Positions 9,750-19,008 of a stretch of DNA of 64,000 bases are shown here, piece by piece. The stretch's first letter is position 1. Every line of letters begins with the position of its first letter. Source of the stretch: Cenarchaeum sp. GTDB taxonomy: Archaea > Thermoproteota > Nitrososphaeria > Nitrososphaerales > Nitrosopumilaceae. The stretch spans positions 1,216,001-1,280,000 of the forward strand of contig OY843768.1 in NCBI GenBank assembly GCA_963693095.2, in the 5' to 3' direction. A model generated the notes under the pieces. The model saw only the letters and a list, made by a program, of their open reading frames with translations. It made no database searches and was not told the DNA's origin. A program made the position numbers and the translations under genes.

Positions 9750-12221
9750 CTATGAGACGCTGATCATGCGCGCAAGGCGATGCGCGATGCGCCATGCCAC
9801 GAGGGCCGCGACTGCCACGATGAACGCCAAGAGTGCCGTATCGACATCAACGTCAAGGCCGTCTGTGGCATCAGGGAGCCCCACGCTAACCGTCGCGCTA
9901 GCGGTTCCACCCCACACGTTTGTGAGCATCACCGTGTTCGCAATTCCCTGGACCGCAGACACCGTGCAGCCATGTACCGACGAGCACACGCGCTCCACGG
10001 GCACGCCGTTGCGCTCGACTGACGCTATATCGCCAAACGCCTCGCGAGGGCGCGCCTGCAGCGTCGTGTGCGCGCACGAGGGGCACGAGACGGCATAGTC
10101 CATCGCGTTGTCCGTGGCGATGTTGGCGATCTCGAGGATCGGCGTCGTAAAGAGGACCTCGGCAGTCATGTTGCGCGAGTGGACAGCCGTGCCATCGGTG
10201 ACGCCGTAGGAGAACTCGTATGCCGACGGGGCCTCGTATATCGTGTTGGAGCCAAGCTCGGCGACGCTGTCGGCCATCAGCGCATACACGTCAGTGAAAG
10301 AGACGCCGGTTCGGTTCAGGATATAGTCCACGCGCCCGCCGCCAGTCGACTCGGCGGCCATCTTGCGCGGATACATGTCCGAGACGACCATGTTGGCGAT
10401 CTCGGCATCATCGGCCTCGAGCTCGACGCTCTCACATATGCGGTCATGCAGGTATGACGGCTCCACAGTTGCGCCAAACGCGCCGACTCCGGCAGTTGGG
10501 ACTATCTCGACGGATGCGCCGCCGTCGGCGACCGGACCGCTGCCGTCCACCATGGCAAGGCTTGCCGGAACGGCAAAGCGCGCACGCGGGTACGTATAGT
10601 TGTACGAGACCAGGTCGCGCAGCTCGTGGCCGGCAAAGTCCTCTGTGCGCACGGTGTTGCGCAGGCTCGCAACGTCAGCACCGCTCTCTGCCATGAATTC
10701 CGATATCGGGTACTCCATGTAGAGGCGCCCGTATGCGGCCTGTGTGAACATTGCCGAGGCCGCATGCCTCCCAAGCAGGAGCGCGCCGTCGATGAGGCCC
10801 CCATCATGCTTGGTGCAGCGCTCAGCGTCGCGCGCAGACGGGCCGGCCGTCGCGTTCCAGGAGAGGCTCGCATCAAGCGGGATCGAGCCTGTCAGGTAGC
10901 GCGCCGTGCCCTCGTGGTCCATCTCGTTGAGCAGCGCGCGGCGCATCTCATGCGGGCCGGCATCCGCATCGTCCCTTCCGCCCCCCAGGGATCCATCATA
11001 CCTCACCGCCATGACGTGCCTCTTTGACCACGCCCAGTCGCCATGGGCCAGAACAGAGTCGGCCAGCGAGACGTACGCGTAAGGCTCGCCGAACTGTGGG
11101 TCATACCTCACTATGAGCGGCTCGATGGACTCGGTGACGTCGTGTGCGCGCGCCTCACCCGTGCGCACGCGCGCATGCGCATGGATGTTGTGGAGCGTTG
11201 CGGTGTAGTCGATCCCGTGGCGCCCGTGGTATCGGGCGCACGCCGGCTCGGCAGCACCGTGCGCCGTGCCCACCGCACACGACGAGTTGTACATGGCCGA
11301 GCCGCCCGCGTAAGAGTGCTCGATCGCCTGCGCGTCATATCCGGCAATTCCCCCCGCGACGAGGACGCATGAGGGCTCGTCACAGTCAAGCTCCTGCGCC
11401 AGCTCGAGCATTCCGTGATCTTTTGTGTGGGTGGCATAGATCGTCCCAAGGCGCTCCTCCTTCCACGCATAGTCGATCTCGTGGATGACGCTTATCGGAT
11501 CCCACACATAGTACGTCCCGTCCAGGTTTGCCGCCGTGTGGCCCGCCGAGTCTGTGAGCGGCTCGTATGAGAGGCTCACCGAGAGGCCGGGGTCGATCAC
11601 GCGGACCGGAAACGCCGACTCGGAGACAAACGCCTGGTAGCCCGTGTACAGGTATCCGCCTAGCATGACTATGACCTTTGCCATCACGTGCGCCTTTTTT
11701 GCCACGCGGTACGACTCGTCAGGCCCATAGATGTCGTGCGGCAGGACCACGCTGCCCTCCTCGCTGCGCGGCCCGCTGCCGCCGTATCCCTCGAATCCCG
11801 ACGGCTGGCATCCCCCACGGCGGCTATAGGAGCACTTTACCTTGAGCGGCGTGCACTCACCACTGCCTCCCGGAACCTCCACGGGGCACACCTTTACGGC
11901 GCTGCACCCCTCGACGCGCATGTTGGTGTGGTATCCGAGCGCGTCGCCCGGATAGAACGTTCTGTCTGGGTTGTTTCTCCTGTGGCCGTTGTGGAGCACG
12001 GGCATCACTGCGAGCTCTGTGTGAACCTTGCACTTTTCGCGAAGGTACATGTAGAGCTTTGATCTATGGTACACCTGATCGCTTCCGGCCGTGTTTTTTT
12101 GCGTGGAGAGGGCACCATCTGTGGCGTGCCTAGCGTCAGCCTCTCCCATTGCCGCCGACATTGCAAGTGCTGCGGCAAGCGCCATTGCGAGCGAGAGAAA
12201 CATCAAGTGCGCGCCATTCAT
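9750..12221 (-). CDS. 823-aa Cys-rich membrane-anchored surface protein
   Basis: Signal peptide, many paired Cys, C-terminal TM ALLAFIVAVAALVAW plus a basic tail. ATGA overlap with the upstream pilin gene at 12218-12221. Confidence 0.75.
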   Translation of the reverse strand: MNGAHLMFLSLAMALAAALAMSAAMGEADARHATDGALSTQKNTAGSDQVYHRSKLYMYLREKCKVHTELAVMPVLHNGHRRNNPDRTFYPGDALGYHTNMRVEGCSAVKVCPVEVPGGSGECTPLKVKCSYSRRGGCQPSGFEGYGGSGPRSEEGSVVLPHDIYGPDESYRVAKKAHVMAKVIVMLGGYLYTGYQAFVSESAFPVRVIDPGLSVSLSYEPLTDSAGHTAANLDGTYYVWDPISVIHEIDYAWKEERLGTIYATHTKDHGMLELAQELDCDEPSCVLVAGGIAGYDAQAIEHSYAGGSAMYNSSCAVGTAHGAAEPACARYHGRHGIDYTATLHNIHAHARVRTGEARAHDVTESIEPLIVRYDPQFGEPYAYVSLADSVLAHGDWAWSKRHVMAVRYDGSLGGGRDDADAGPHEMRRALLNEMDHEGTARYLTGSIPLDASLSWNATAGPSARDAERCTKHDGGLIDGALLLGRHAASAMFTQAAYGRLYMEYPISEFMAESGADVASLRNTVRTEDFAGHELRDLVSYNYTYPRARFAVPASLAMVDGSGPVADGGASVEIVPTAGVGAFGATVEPSYLHDRICESVELEADDAEIANMVVSDMYPRKMAAESTGGGRVDYILNRTGVSFTDVYALMADSVAELGSNTIYEAPSAYEFSYGVTDGTAVHSRNMTAEVLFTTPILEIANIATDNAMDYAVSCPSCAHTTLQARPREAFGDIASVERNGVPVERVCSSVHGCTVSAVQGIANTVMLTNVWGGTASATVSVGLPDATDGLDVDVDTALLAFIVAVAALVAWRIAHRLARMISVS

Positions 12222-12709
12222 GGCTCGCCCACCAGCCGTATAACGTTGCCGGGTTCTGTGACCAAGAGTATTCCCACATCCTCGCCATCATGGCCAGCTC
12301 CAAGGGTGGGACTAAAGCGCATGTCAGTTATCTCGCCGGCAGGCAGCGTGCATGCGCCAGCGTGATCCTGTGCGGTGACCTTTTGCATTGTCGAGCATCC
12401 CGCGTCTGAGATGACCGTGTCGGCATACACATAGTGGATCCCCGCAATCTCAATGTCCGCATCGCCAGCGTTGACGATCTCGACCCTGGCAGTCCACGCC
12501 GAGGGTGCGTCGGCCTCTGGCGCACTAGAGTGTATGACGCGCAGTGACTCGCCGAGCCGCGAGATCTTTTGCCGTATGATCGACTCGCCTGCCTCGCCGG
12601 CCGAGTCTAGCCCCTCGCCCACAAAGTGAAGGAGTGCGGCACCGGCGGCGGACACGATGCCAAAGAGCATGGCAAACCCGATAATTTCAGAGGCGAGGCG
12701 GGCGCGCAT
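12218..12709 (-). CDS. Archaeal type IV minor pilin (FlaG/FlaF-like)
   Basis: MRARL-ASEIIGFAMLFGIV is class III signal-like with E at the conserved position; ESLRV, VEIVNAGD..IEI, LVTEPGN. SD-like GAGGTGA precedes the ATG. Confidence 0.75.
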   Translation of the reverse strand: MRARLASEIIGFAMLFGIVSAAGAALLHFVGEGLDSAGEAGESIIRQKISRLGESLRVIHSSAPEADAPSAWTARVEIVNAGDADIEIAGIHYVYADTVISDAGCSTMQKVTAQDHAGACTLPAGEITDMRFSPTLGAGHDGEDVGILLVTEPGNVIRLVGEP

Positions 12710-12713
12710 GATC

Positions 12714-13214
12714 TCACCTCGCGAGGACTCCTGCGGTCCTCACGATTGAGCCGCCAGAGAGCGGCTCGGCAAAGACCGAGATCGCATACCTTGTGGATGG
12801 GGTCACAGACAGGGCGTGAACCGAGGGGCCGAGCCGGATCGACTCGCCCGGCAGGAGCGTGCATGGCACGCCATCCTGCCCAATGGCGCACGCCGAGCCG
12901 TCAGCACGGCGCAGGCTTGCTGACAGTGCGCACCCCTTTGGCTCACACGTGCCCTGTTCTGGGGACACCAGGGTGAGCGAGGCGAGGCGCACGGCCTCAG
13001 CCCCCCCATTGCCCACCATCCCGTGGAGGACCGCATGACTGCCCCCAATTGCCTCAAGTCCAAGGCCTGACACGTTGAGCGACGGGAGCGAGGAGATCTC
13101 GCCCACGCGCGCATCGAGATGGTGTGACACGGCAAGGGCGAGTCCGGCCGTTATGAGAACGGCGAGGGCGACGGAGACCATGGCCGTCATGCGCGCCCAC
13201 CCCGACCCGCGCAT
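12714..13214 (-). CDS. Pilin-like protein
   Basis: Single N-terminal hydrophobic helix, VGNGG..VRL, LLPGES and YAISV.A: the same pattern as the 23900-24418 pilin. Two Cys pairs. Confidence 0.65.
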   Translation of the reverse strand: MRGSGWARMTAMVSVALAVLITAGLALAVSHHLDARVGEISSLPSLNVSGLGLEAIGGSHAVLHGMVGNGGAEAVRLASLTLVSPEQGTCEPKGCALSASLRRADGSACAIGQDGVPCTLLPGESIRLGPSVHALSVTPSTRYAISVFAEPLSGGSIVRTAGVLAR

Positions 13215-13220
13215 GCGCGC

Positions 13221-15131
13221 CTAGGAGTTTGGGTTTGTGTCAAACATTTCATACTCGTCATTTAGGGGCTCGATGGTCACAAGGAGCCGGTGCTTGTCCG
13301 TGAGAAGGAGGCACTGTCCCGTGTCAAAGGACGTGATCGCATCCTTTTCCTCCTCAGAGAGGCTCATGTGCTCAAGGAGGAGCTGGGCCTCGGACTCGGT
13401 GTTCTTCATGAGAAATTTTGTGCCCGCGTTGCTCAGGTATGACTTTCCCTCTGCGGTGCTGACCATGTCGCTGAGCTCTTGCACGATGAATATGCACCAG
13501 ACATTGTATGCCCTTCCAAGCTTTGCGATGGACATGACATACTGCGCAATGCTTCGGTGCCTAAAGAGCTTCCAGCCCTCGTCAATTATGAGCAGCTTTG
13601 GAACATGTCGGGGCATTGAGCGGATCATCTTCCAGAACTTGCCAAGCGAGAGAAGCAAGAGTATGCGCTCGTCATCATCACTTGCGTCATTGAACGCAAG
13701 AACTGTCCTGTCACCAAATGTTGCGCTGCCCCTAAACACCTCGGACTGTCCCCCCACGACAAAGTCGTCAAGATACGTGTGATAGTCCTTGCCGCCGCCG
13801 ATCGCGCGCAGGTGCTTGTGCATGTCATCTAGCGACGAGCACTTTTGCGCAACTGCCTTGAAGGCCTTGCGGGCCTTTATGTCGCTGCCAACCTCGGCTA
13901 TGTCGGCGAGGAATCCGGCGGCGAGCGTGGGGTTGTCATCAAACACGAGAAACGGGTCAAAGCCCAGGCGGCGCGACATGGTGACATCCACTATTTTCAT
14001 CCCCTCGACGTCTGACAGTCCTGCGGCATACTCGCTCTTTGGGTCTATTCCGAGTAGCACGGCGTCCGGATTTTTGCGCAAGAAACGGCGCGCGAGCATC
14101 TTTGTGAGAAACGACTTGCCTGCCCCTGACCACCCGATTATTGCAGTGTTGTAGTTTGGCCTCATGCGGTAGTTGAATATTATCGGCGCGCCGGTGTGCG
14201 ATGACGTGCCAATGGCGATTCCGCCCGGCGCCTCCATCAGGTCATTTGACGTGAACGCAAAGAGCGGCTGCATGCTCTCAAGGTCAATTGTGAGATCCAC
14301 GCCGAGTGAGTGGTTGGCGTTCCACAGGTCAAGATGGAGTGCCGCCGGCGCATCGACCCTGCAAAAGCTCTGCTTGCAGTACATCGCAAGGCGCCTCTCC
14401 TTCCTGCGCATCTCAGATGGCGTTCCGGCGAGTATCGCCGTGATCGTCACGCCAAAGAGGCGCGTGCGGTTGTTGGATATTAGAGTCGTGAGGCGCTGCG
14501 CATTTTCCAGCTGTGCTGATATCGTGTCATCACGCGAGGCCATCACCTTTAGGTTCTCGGTAAACCCGCGCATTCGCGTGGCCGCAATGTGCTGCTCGAT
14601 TGGGCGAACAGTCACGCATGCGGCCTCGAGAAGCCTGCCTGACTCGCCGTTGCCATACGCCTCGACGTTCATGTTCATCATGTCCATTATCCATGCCGGA
14701 GGCATTGCGCTAGGCAGCGCATAGAAGACAAAGCATCGCGCAGTGCGCCCGTCGGCTAGCTCTAGGCCGCCGAGGCTATGCCTCCTCACTGCAGGCCTCA
14801 TAAGCCCAGAGCTCACCGTGAACTGAAACCCCGAGGGCATGATCGCCGCATCAAGGGGCTCAGAGGAGGCCAAGTGCGTCTCTGGGATCACCATCTTGAC
14901 TGTCCGGTCGCCGACCTCAACTTCGACGGTCTTGCGCGACACCCATATCGTCATTGGCCTCGTGATCCCAAGGAGGATGGACGAGAATCCCGAGAGCGCC
15001 TTGGCGCGCTCGTCATCATGCATGCCATCAAAGTTGACCGGATACACGCGATAGACATAGCGCCGGTTCATCCTCTCCGTCTGCGCAACTGCAGTCGCGC
15101 CGCTGCCTGCCACCGTTGCCAGTCTTCCCAT
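13221..15131 (-). CDS. VirB4/TraC-like (CedB/TedB-like) ATPase
   Basis: Walker A IIGWSGAGKS, IDPKSEY, Walker B LLIIDEGW, GRAYN..IVQ and GQCLL. The N-terminal half has the reduced VirB4 layout. Confidence 0.9.
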   Translation of the reverse strand: MGRLATVAGSGATAVAQTERMNRRYVYRVYPVNFDGMHDDERAKALSGFSSILLGITRPMTIWVSRKTVEVEVGDRTVKMVIPETHLASSEPLDAAIMPSGFQFTVSSGLMRPAVRRHSLGGLELADGRTARCFVFYALPSAMPPAWIMDMMNMNVEAYGNGESGRLLEAACVTVRPIEQHIAATRMRGFTENLKVMASRDDTISAQLENAQRLTTLISNNRTRLFGVTITAILAGTPSEMRRKERRLAMYCKQSFCRVDAPAALHLDLWNANHSLGVDLTIDLESMQPLFAFTSNDLMEAPGGIAIGTSSHTGAPIIFNYRMRPNYNTAIIGWSGAGKSFLTKMLARRFLRKNPDAVLLGIDPKSEYAAGLSDVEGMKIVDVTMSRRLGFDPFLVFDDNPTLAAGFLADIAEVGSDIKARKAFKAVAQKCSSLDDMHKHLRAIGGGKDYHTYLDDFVVGGQSEVFRGSATFGDRTVLAFNDASDDDERILLLLSLGKFWKMIRSMPRHVPKLLIIDEGWKLFRHRSIAQYVMSIAKLGRAYNVWCIFIVQELSDMVSTAEGKSYLSNAGTKFLMKNTESEAQLLLEHMSLSEEEKDAITSFDTGQCLLLTDKHRLLVTIEPLNDEYEMFDTNPNS

Positions 15132-15152
15132 TGAATCGCCGCGGGAAAATCC

Positions 15153-15160
15153 GATTTAAG
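15153..15160 (-). promoter_or_regulatory. TATA box for the VirB4-like gene, overlapping the upstream stop codon
   Basis: CTTAAATC contains the TAA stop of the pilus ATPase; TTAAAT starts 28 nt before ATG 15131. Confidence 0.55.
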
Positions 15161-16745
15161 GGCGATAGTAGCGTGCCGTGGCGTCCATGACCTCAGCAGG
15201 CGAGGCGGGGTTGGAGGCGACACACTCCTCGAGGATTGACACCCGGCGCTCAATGTCAGCTGCGGGGTTCTCTAGCCCAAGGGCCTCGGCCGCATCGCGC
15301 AGCCTAGCGCTCTTTTTCACAAGATCGTGCGCAGAGTGCTCGGTGAACGTGTCCCCTAGGGCATCATAGCTGAATATCGTGTCCATGCGCGGCTCCGAGC
15401 CGGCATGGGCGCCCATGCTGACCTCGTCGACGCCAAAGACCCTGCGCACAACTTTGCCGAGGCGCGCAGAGTGCAGCTCGCGGCAGTGCCACACTGTCCA
15501 GAGCAGCGACAGGTAGCTATTGTCCACACCCGCAAACCGGACACGCTCGATCGTCTTTTTTGCGCTCGGCGCGTGCATTGTGGTCACGCCACCGTGGCCG
15601 GCGGCGGCGTTCTCAAAGGCCGCGTATATCGCATCGCGGCTGCGCGCCTCGCCGATGATGACGAGGTGCGGGTTGTGCCTTAGCGTGACGGGAATCAGGT
15701 CCTCTATGCGGTACGCAAGGCTCTTGTTGAGCGCAGATGCGCGCGTGCGAAGCGAGAGGAGGTGCGCGTGCGGCAGGCGCATCTCTGGCGTGTCCTCGAC
15801 TGTCACGATCATCCAGTCGGGGTTTGCCATGGCAAGCAGCGCGTTGGCCATCGTCGTCTTGCCCGAGGAGGTCACCCCAACTACAATGTTAAACGACATT
15901 GCGTCAACTAGCATCCACCAGTATGCGGCCATCATTGAGGTGAGCATGCCGCCGCGAAGGAGGTCTGCGATGGTCAGCGGGGTCCGCGAGAACTTGCGCA
16001 CATTCATGGCAGTTCCCGCTGACACCTCGCGCCTAAACGCCACTGACACCCTGTCGCCCTCGGGTGTCACGGCATCAACTATGGGCTCGGCGTTGCTCGC
16101 GTGCGCGTCGCATTTTTCAAGTATGCGCGTCACGAGGCTGTCAAACTCGGCGTCCGTGCCGAGCCTGATGTTGGTTTTGTACACGGGGTATCCCTTGTGC
16201 GCGCGCAGGACGACTCCGACATCTGTCCTTTTTGGTATCATAATGTCCTCAATGTTGTCGTCACGAAACAGCACGTCAAGGTTCCAGTAGCCATAGGCGC
16301 GCCTGACGTAATAGTTGATCTCGGCGTGGTTGCCAGACACAAGCTCAGAAAAGCCGAGCTCCGAGGCGGCTCCCCATATACGCTCCTTGATCTCCTCGGC
16401 GCCCGGCCGCGCCTCGGCGCCGATGTCCATCGACATGTAGAGGTGGCTCGCAAGCGCGTGGACCGCCCACTCGAGCTCCGGGGACACCTCTGGCTCAGAG
16501 ACTACATAGCGCCCGTCGCGCGTCACAAACACGTGGGCGTCGCCGACGTCATACGAGTCAATGACGTCTGCCTCGGTGATTGTGCGCGGCACAGAGGCGT
16601 GGCCGATGTCAAGGGCGTGGAGCTCCCTGTGCAGGCCATCGCGAACCATGTCGCGGATTGCCTTGTCCATCATGTCGGTCCGGGCCTCAAAGGCCCCGTC
16701 GCGGCGGCGAATTCCCAGCATGGTGTAGTGTGCGCAAATGCGCAT
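15156..16745 (-). CDS. Type II/IV secretion ATPase (archaeal FlaI/TadA/VirB11 family)
   Basis: DDNIEDI, PIVDA, VRKF, Walker A GVTSSGKTT, Asp box VEDTPE, Walker B LRHNPHLVIIGEAR, His box GHGGVTTMHA. Confidence 0.93.
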   Translation of the reverse strand: MRICAHYTMLGIRRRDGAFEARTDMMDKAIRDMVRDGLHRELHALDIGHASVPRTITEADVIDSYDVGDAHVFVTRDGRYVVSEPEVSPELEWAVHALASHLYMSMDIGAEARPGAEEIKERIWGAASELGFSELVSGNHAEINYYVRRAYGYWNLDVLFRDDNIEDIMIPKRTDVGVVLRAHKGYPVYKTNIRLGTDAEFDSLVTRILEKCDAHASNAEPIVDAVTPEGDRVSVAFRREVSAGTAMNVRKFSRTPLTIADLLRGGMLTSMMAAYWWMLVDAMSFNIVVGVTSSGKTTMANALLAMANPDWMIVTVEDTPEMRLPHAHLLSLRTRASALNKSLAYRIEDLIPVTLRHNPHLVIIGEARSRDAIYAAFENAAAGHGGVTTMHAPSAKKTIERVRFAGVDNSYLSLLWTVWHCRELHSARLGKVVRRVFGVDEVSMGAHAGSEPRMDTIFSYDALGDTFTEHSAHDLVKKSARLRDAAEALGLENPAADIERRVSILEECVASNPASPAEVMDATARYYRP

Positions 16746-17099
16746 TTAACGCGGTGCGGGGGTTCCCCCGAGGCCCGACTCGGTCAGCGCGGCGCGATAC
16801 AGCGCGAGTGCCGAGTTTATGGCATCGACGGCAGCCGAGGCGCGGCGCGCCGAGACGCTGATGCTGTGGCCATTGTGGTGATAGAGGCCGAGGCGGCCGC
16901 CCCGCTTCCCGCGCTCTGCTGAGTGCAGGCTGCATGATGCCATCTCGGCGTACCCAAGAACCATGATGCACCCTAGTCGGCCGTTCTCAAGCAGGACACG
17001 CTTGCTGCTCACGTGCATGAGGCACGAGCCGTGCCTAGTGTGGACCTCAAAGGCCGCAATGACCCTCTCGCCGTGCTGTGCGAACATCATCACACCCAT
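16746..17099 (-). CDS. Small PH-like-fold protein
   Basis: Beta-strand pattern followed by a C-terminal helix. Stop abuts the ATPase start (TAAATG). TATA-like CTTAAG at 17120-17115 favours a start at 17099-17087 over 17132. Confidence 0.55.
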   Translation of the reverse strand: MGVMMFAQHGERVIAAFEVHTRHGSCLMHVSSKRVLLENGRLGCIMVLGYAEMASCSLHSAERGKRGGRLGLYHHNGHSISVSARRASAAVDAINSALALYRAALTESGLGGTPAPR

Positions 17100-17140
17100 G
17101 TGTGGAAAAATGCACTTAAGGCCACACGGCACCCTTTTTC

Positions 17141-18232
17141 CTATCGCCTGTCAGGCTCTAGCATCCACTTGCGAAAATTTGGGTCGTCGTGCGCATCTTG
17201 CGCGTCATGGTGCCGCATTGCGCCGCCCGCCGTTCCCTGCGACCCCCCTGCCACACTGACGTTCTCGCGAAGGTAGTTTAGCTGGTCAATGACGCCACGA
17301 TATGCGCTCTGCGCATACTTGCGCATCTCAGAGTTGAACAGGACCGTCTCATGGACTGACACGGGCGCGTGAAACCGTGGCACATACACGCCGGCAGGAT
17401 CAGTCAGGTACGTCAGGTGGCGCCCGGCAGGCTCAGACACCTTGTCAAAGGCCATTGCCGACGTGAGCATCTCGGCGCGTATGGTGGACAAGAGTGTCCA
17501 TGCGCTGCGCATCCCCCCGTCTCCGTCCCACTTTCGGTTCACGGCCGGATACCCGTGGAGAAAGCTCACATCGTCCCTTGCGAGGGTCACAGAGCCGTCA
17601 GCACGCCTAGAGTCGTACATGCCATGAGACCCCGGACCCAGCACGTCATCAGCCCTGCAAAAGAGGGCATTGTGCGTCACAAATGATCCTGCCTCGCTGT
17701 CATACCACGCGTCGTTCCAGACGTGCCTGTCAGGCACCTCCCACGGTATGCGAGTATCCCTTGGCGCCACAACGGGGACTTTGGAGGATGCGAGAACGAC
17801 GGATTTTTCCGTCACCTCTGTTGTGTGCCAGTGGCACTCGTTGTTCCCAAAGTCCGTGCGCGTCCCGCCTGGAGGTTCCTGTTCTGTTCCCTCCTGCGCT
17901 GCCCGCAGCGATTCCACAAGGCTCACCTGCGCGGCATACGCCTCGTTTGCCGCCCTCAGCTCGTGCATGACAGGGCCAGGATCCCCAAAGGCCAGATCGT
18001 ATGACACAAGGTGCCCTGCCCCGTCATCCCAGGACAGCTTTATGCCGCTCTTGCCGCGCCGTGTGGCCGTGTAGAGCCTGTCCCAGGCGATATCAAATAT
18101 GACGCCATGGCGCACGCTCACAAGGACGAGTCCGGCAGTCGTGATGTGCAGGATTGCGCTTCCGACATTTGCGCCCCCCTTGGTCTCAAATGCGGCCGTC
18201 TCGCGGGCGCTCTCGTCTGGCGTTGAGCCCAT
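17141..18232 (-). CDS. 363-aa cytoplasmic protein with an N-terminal PH-like domain
   Basis: N-terminus aligns by eye with the 16746-17099 protein. TTAAAT begins 27 nt before the ATG. Confidence 0.65.
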   Translation of the reverse strand: MGSTPDESARETAAFETKGGANVGSAILHITTAGLVLVSVRHGVIFDIAWDRLYTATRRGKSGIKLSWDDGAGHLVSYDLAFGDPGPVMHELRAANEAYAAQVSLVESLRAAQEGTEQEPPGGTRTDFGNNECHWHTTEVTEKSVVLASSKVPVVAPRDTRIPWEVPDRHVWNDAWYDSEAGSFVTHNALFCRADDVLGPGSHGMYDSRRADGSVTLARDDVSFLHGYPAVNRKWDGDGGMRSAWTLLSTIRAEMLTSAMAFDKVSEPAGRHLTYLTDPAGVYVPRFHAPVSVHETVLFNSEMRKYAQSAYRGVIDQLNYLRENVSVAGGSQGTAGGAMRHHDAQDAHDDPNFRKWMLEPDRR

Positions 18233-18251
18233 GGCGGTGCGCGAATAAACT

Positions 18252-18315
18252 GAATTTAAGCTAAATATCGGCAGATCTCACGGCTAGCAGTCGAATTACC
18301 TTTAAATTGAAAATT
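18252..18315. promoter_or_regulatory. Divergent promoters; the plus-strand one carries the CGAAT-Nx-TTAAATTGAAAATT motif
   Basis: Minus-strand TTAAAT at 18259-18254. Plus-strand motif at 18292-18315, with GTG start 28 nt after TTAAAT. Confidence 0.7.
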
Positions 18316-18329
18316 TACGCAGTGCTTTC

Positions 18330-18968
18330 GTGGAAACGGATACCATAGTGATAGTGGGAGGCGTTCTCGGGATGATGGGAATGCTCTGGGTCACGCATAT
18401 TCGTGGCAATGCCCAGCTGGACAAAAAGCTCGAGTCCGAGGGCAAGGCGAGGCGCGAGGAGATCGCCGATCTAAGGAAGGCGAGCGAGGCGGCGAACGAG
18501 AAGATCAGAGACGAGATGAAGGAGGGCTTTGGGTTGCTCCACGCCGAGATCAAGGCCGAGGGCGACGCGAGGAGTGCGGAGATCAAGGCCGAGGGCGACG
18601 CGAGGCGCAAGGAGCTCAAGGAAGAGGGCGACAAGCGGAGTGCGGAGATCGCCGATCTAAGGAAGGCGAGCGAGGCGGCGAACGAGAAGATCAGAGACGA
18701 GATGAAGGAGGGCTTTGGGTTGCTCCACGCCGAGATCAAGGCCGAGGGCGACGCGAGGCGCAAGGAGCTCAAGGAAGAGGGCGACAAGCGGAGAATCGAG
18801 ATCAACAATCTTCGAGAGGAGAGACGTGTGGACAATGAGCAAAGACACCGTGATAACAAGGAGCTAAACGGCAAGATCGAGAACTTGGCAGGCAGGTTCG
18901 AAGAGGTTCGAGACGTGCTCTTTAGGGCGATTGGTGTCCAGAGACACATGCTGCCCGAGCAGAAATAG
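18330..18968 (+). CDS. N-terminal TM plus repetitive coiled-coil protein (11-residue periodicity)
   Basis: TM IVIVGGVLGMMGMLWV followed by E/K/R-rich repeats SAEIKAEGDAR and RKELKEEGDKR. Confidence 0.8.
   Translation: METDTIVIVGGVLGMMGMLWVTHIRGNAQLDKKLESEGKARREEIADLRKASEAANEKIRDEMKEGFGLLHAEIKAEGDARSAEIKAEGDARRKELKEEGDKRSAEIADLRKASEAANEKIRDEMKEGFGLLHAEIKAEGDARRKELKEEGDKRRIEINNLREERRVDNEQRHRDNKELNGKIENLAGRFEEVRDVLFRAIGVQRHMLPEQK
18459..18790. repeat. Internal duplication with 186-bp offset, built from 33-bp units
   Basis: The block GAGATCGCCGATCTAAGG...GGCGACGCGAGG starts at both 18459 and 18645. Confidence 0.9.
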
Positions 18969-19008
18969 CGTGCCGCAAGTCCCGCAACTGAGACCACATG
19001 ATGTGTGC

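Noticed and set aside
18302-18997. 231-aa minus-strand S/L-rich ORF (similarly the ORFs at 26776-27656 and 30997-31562 on the plus strand)
   Set aside because: Mirror frames of the coiled-coil repeat genes, which have the promoters and sensible composition.
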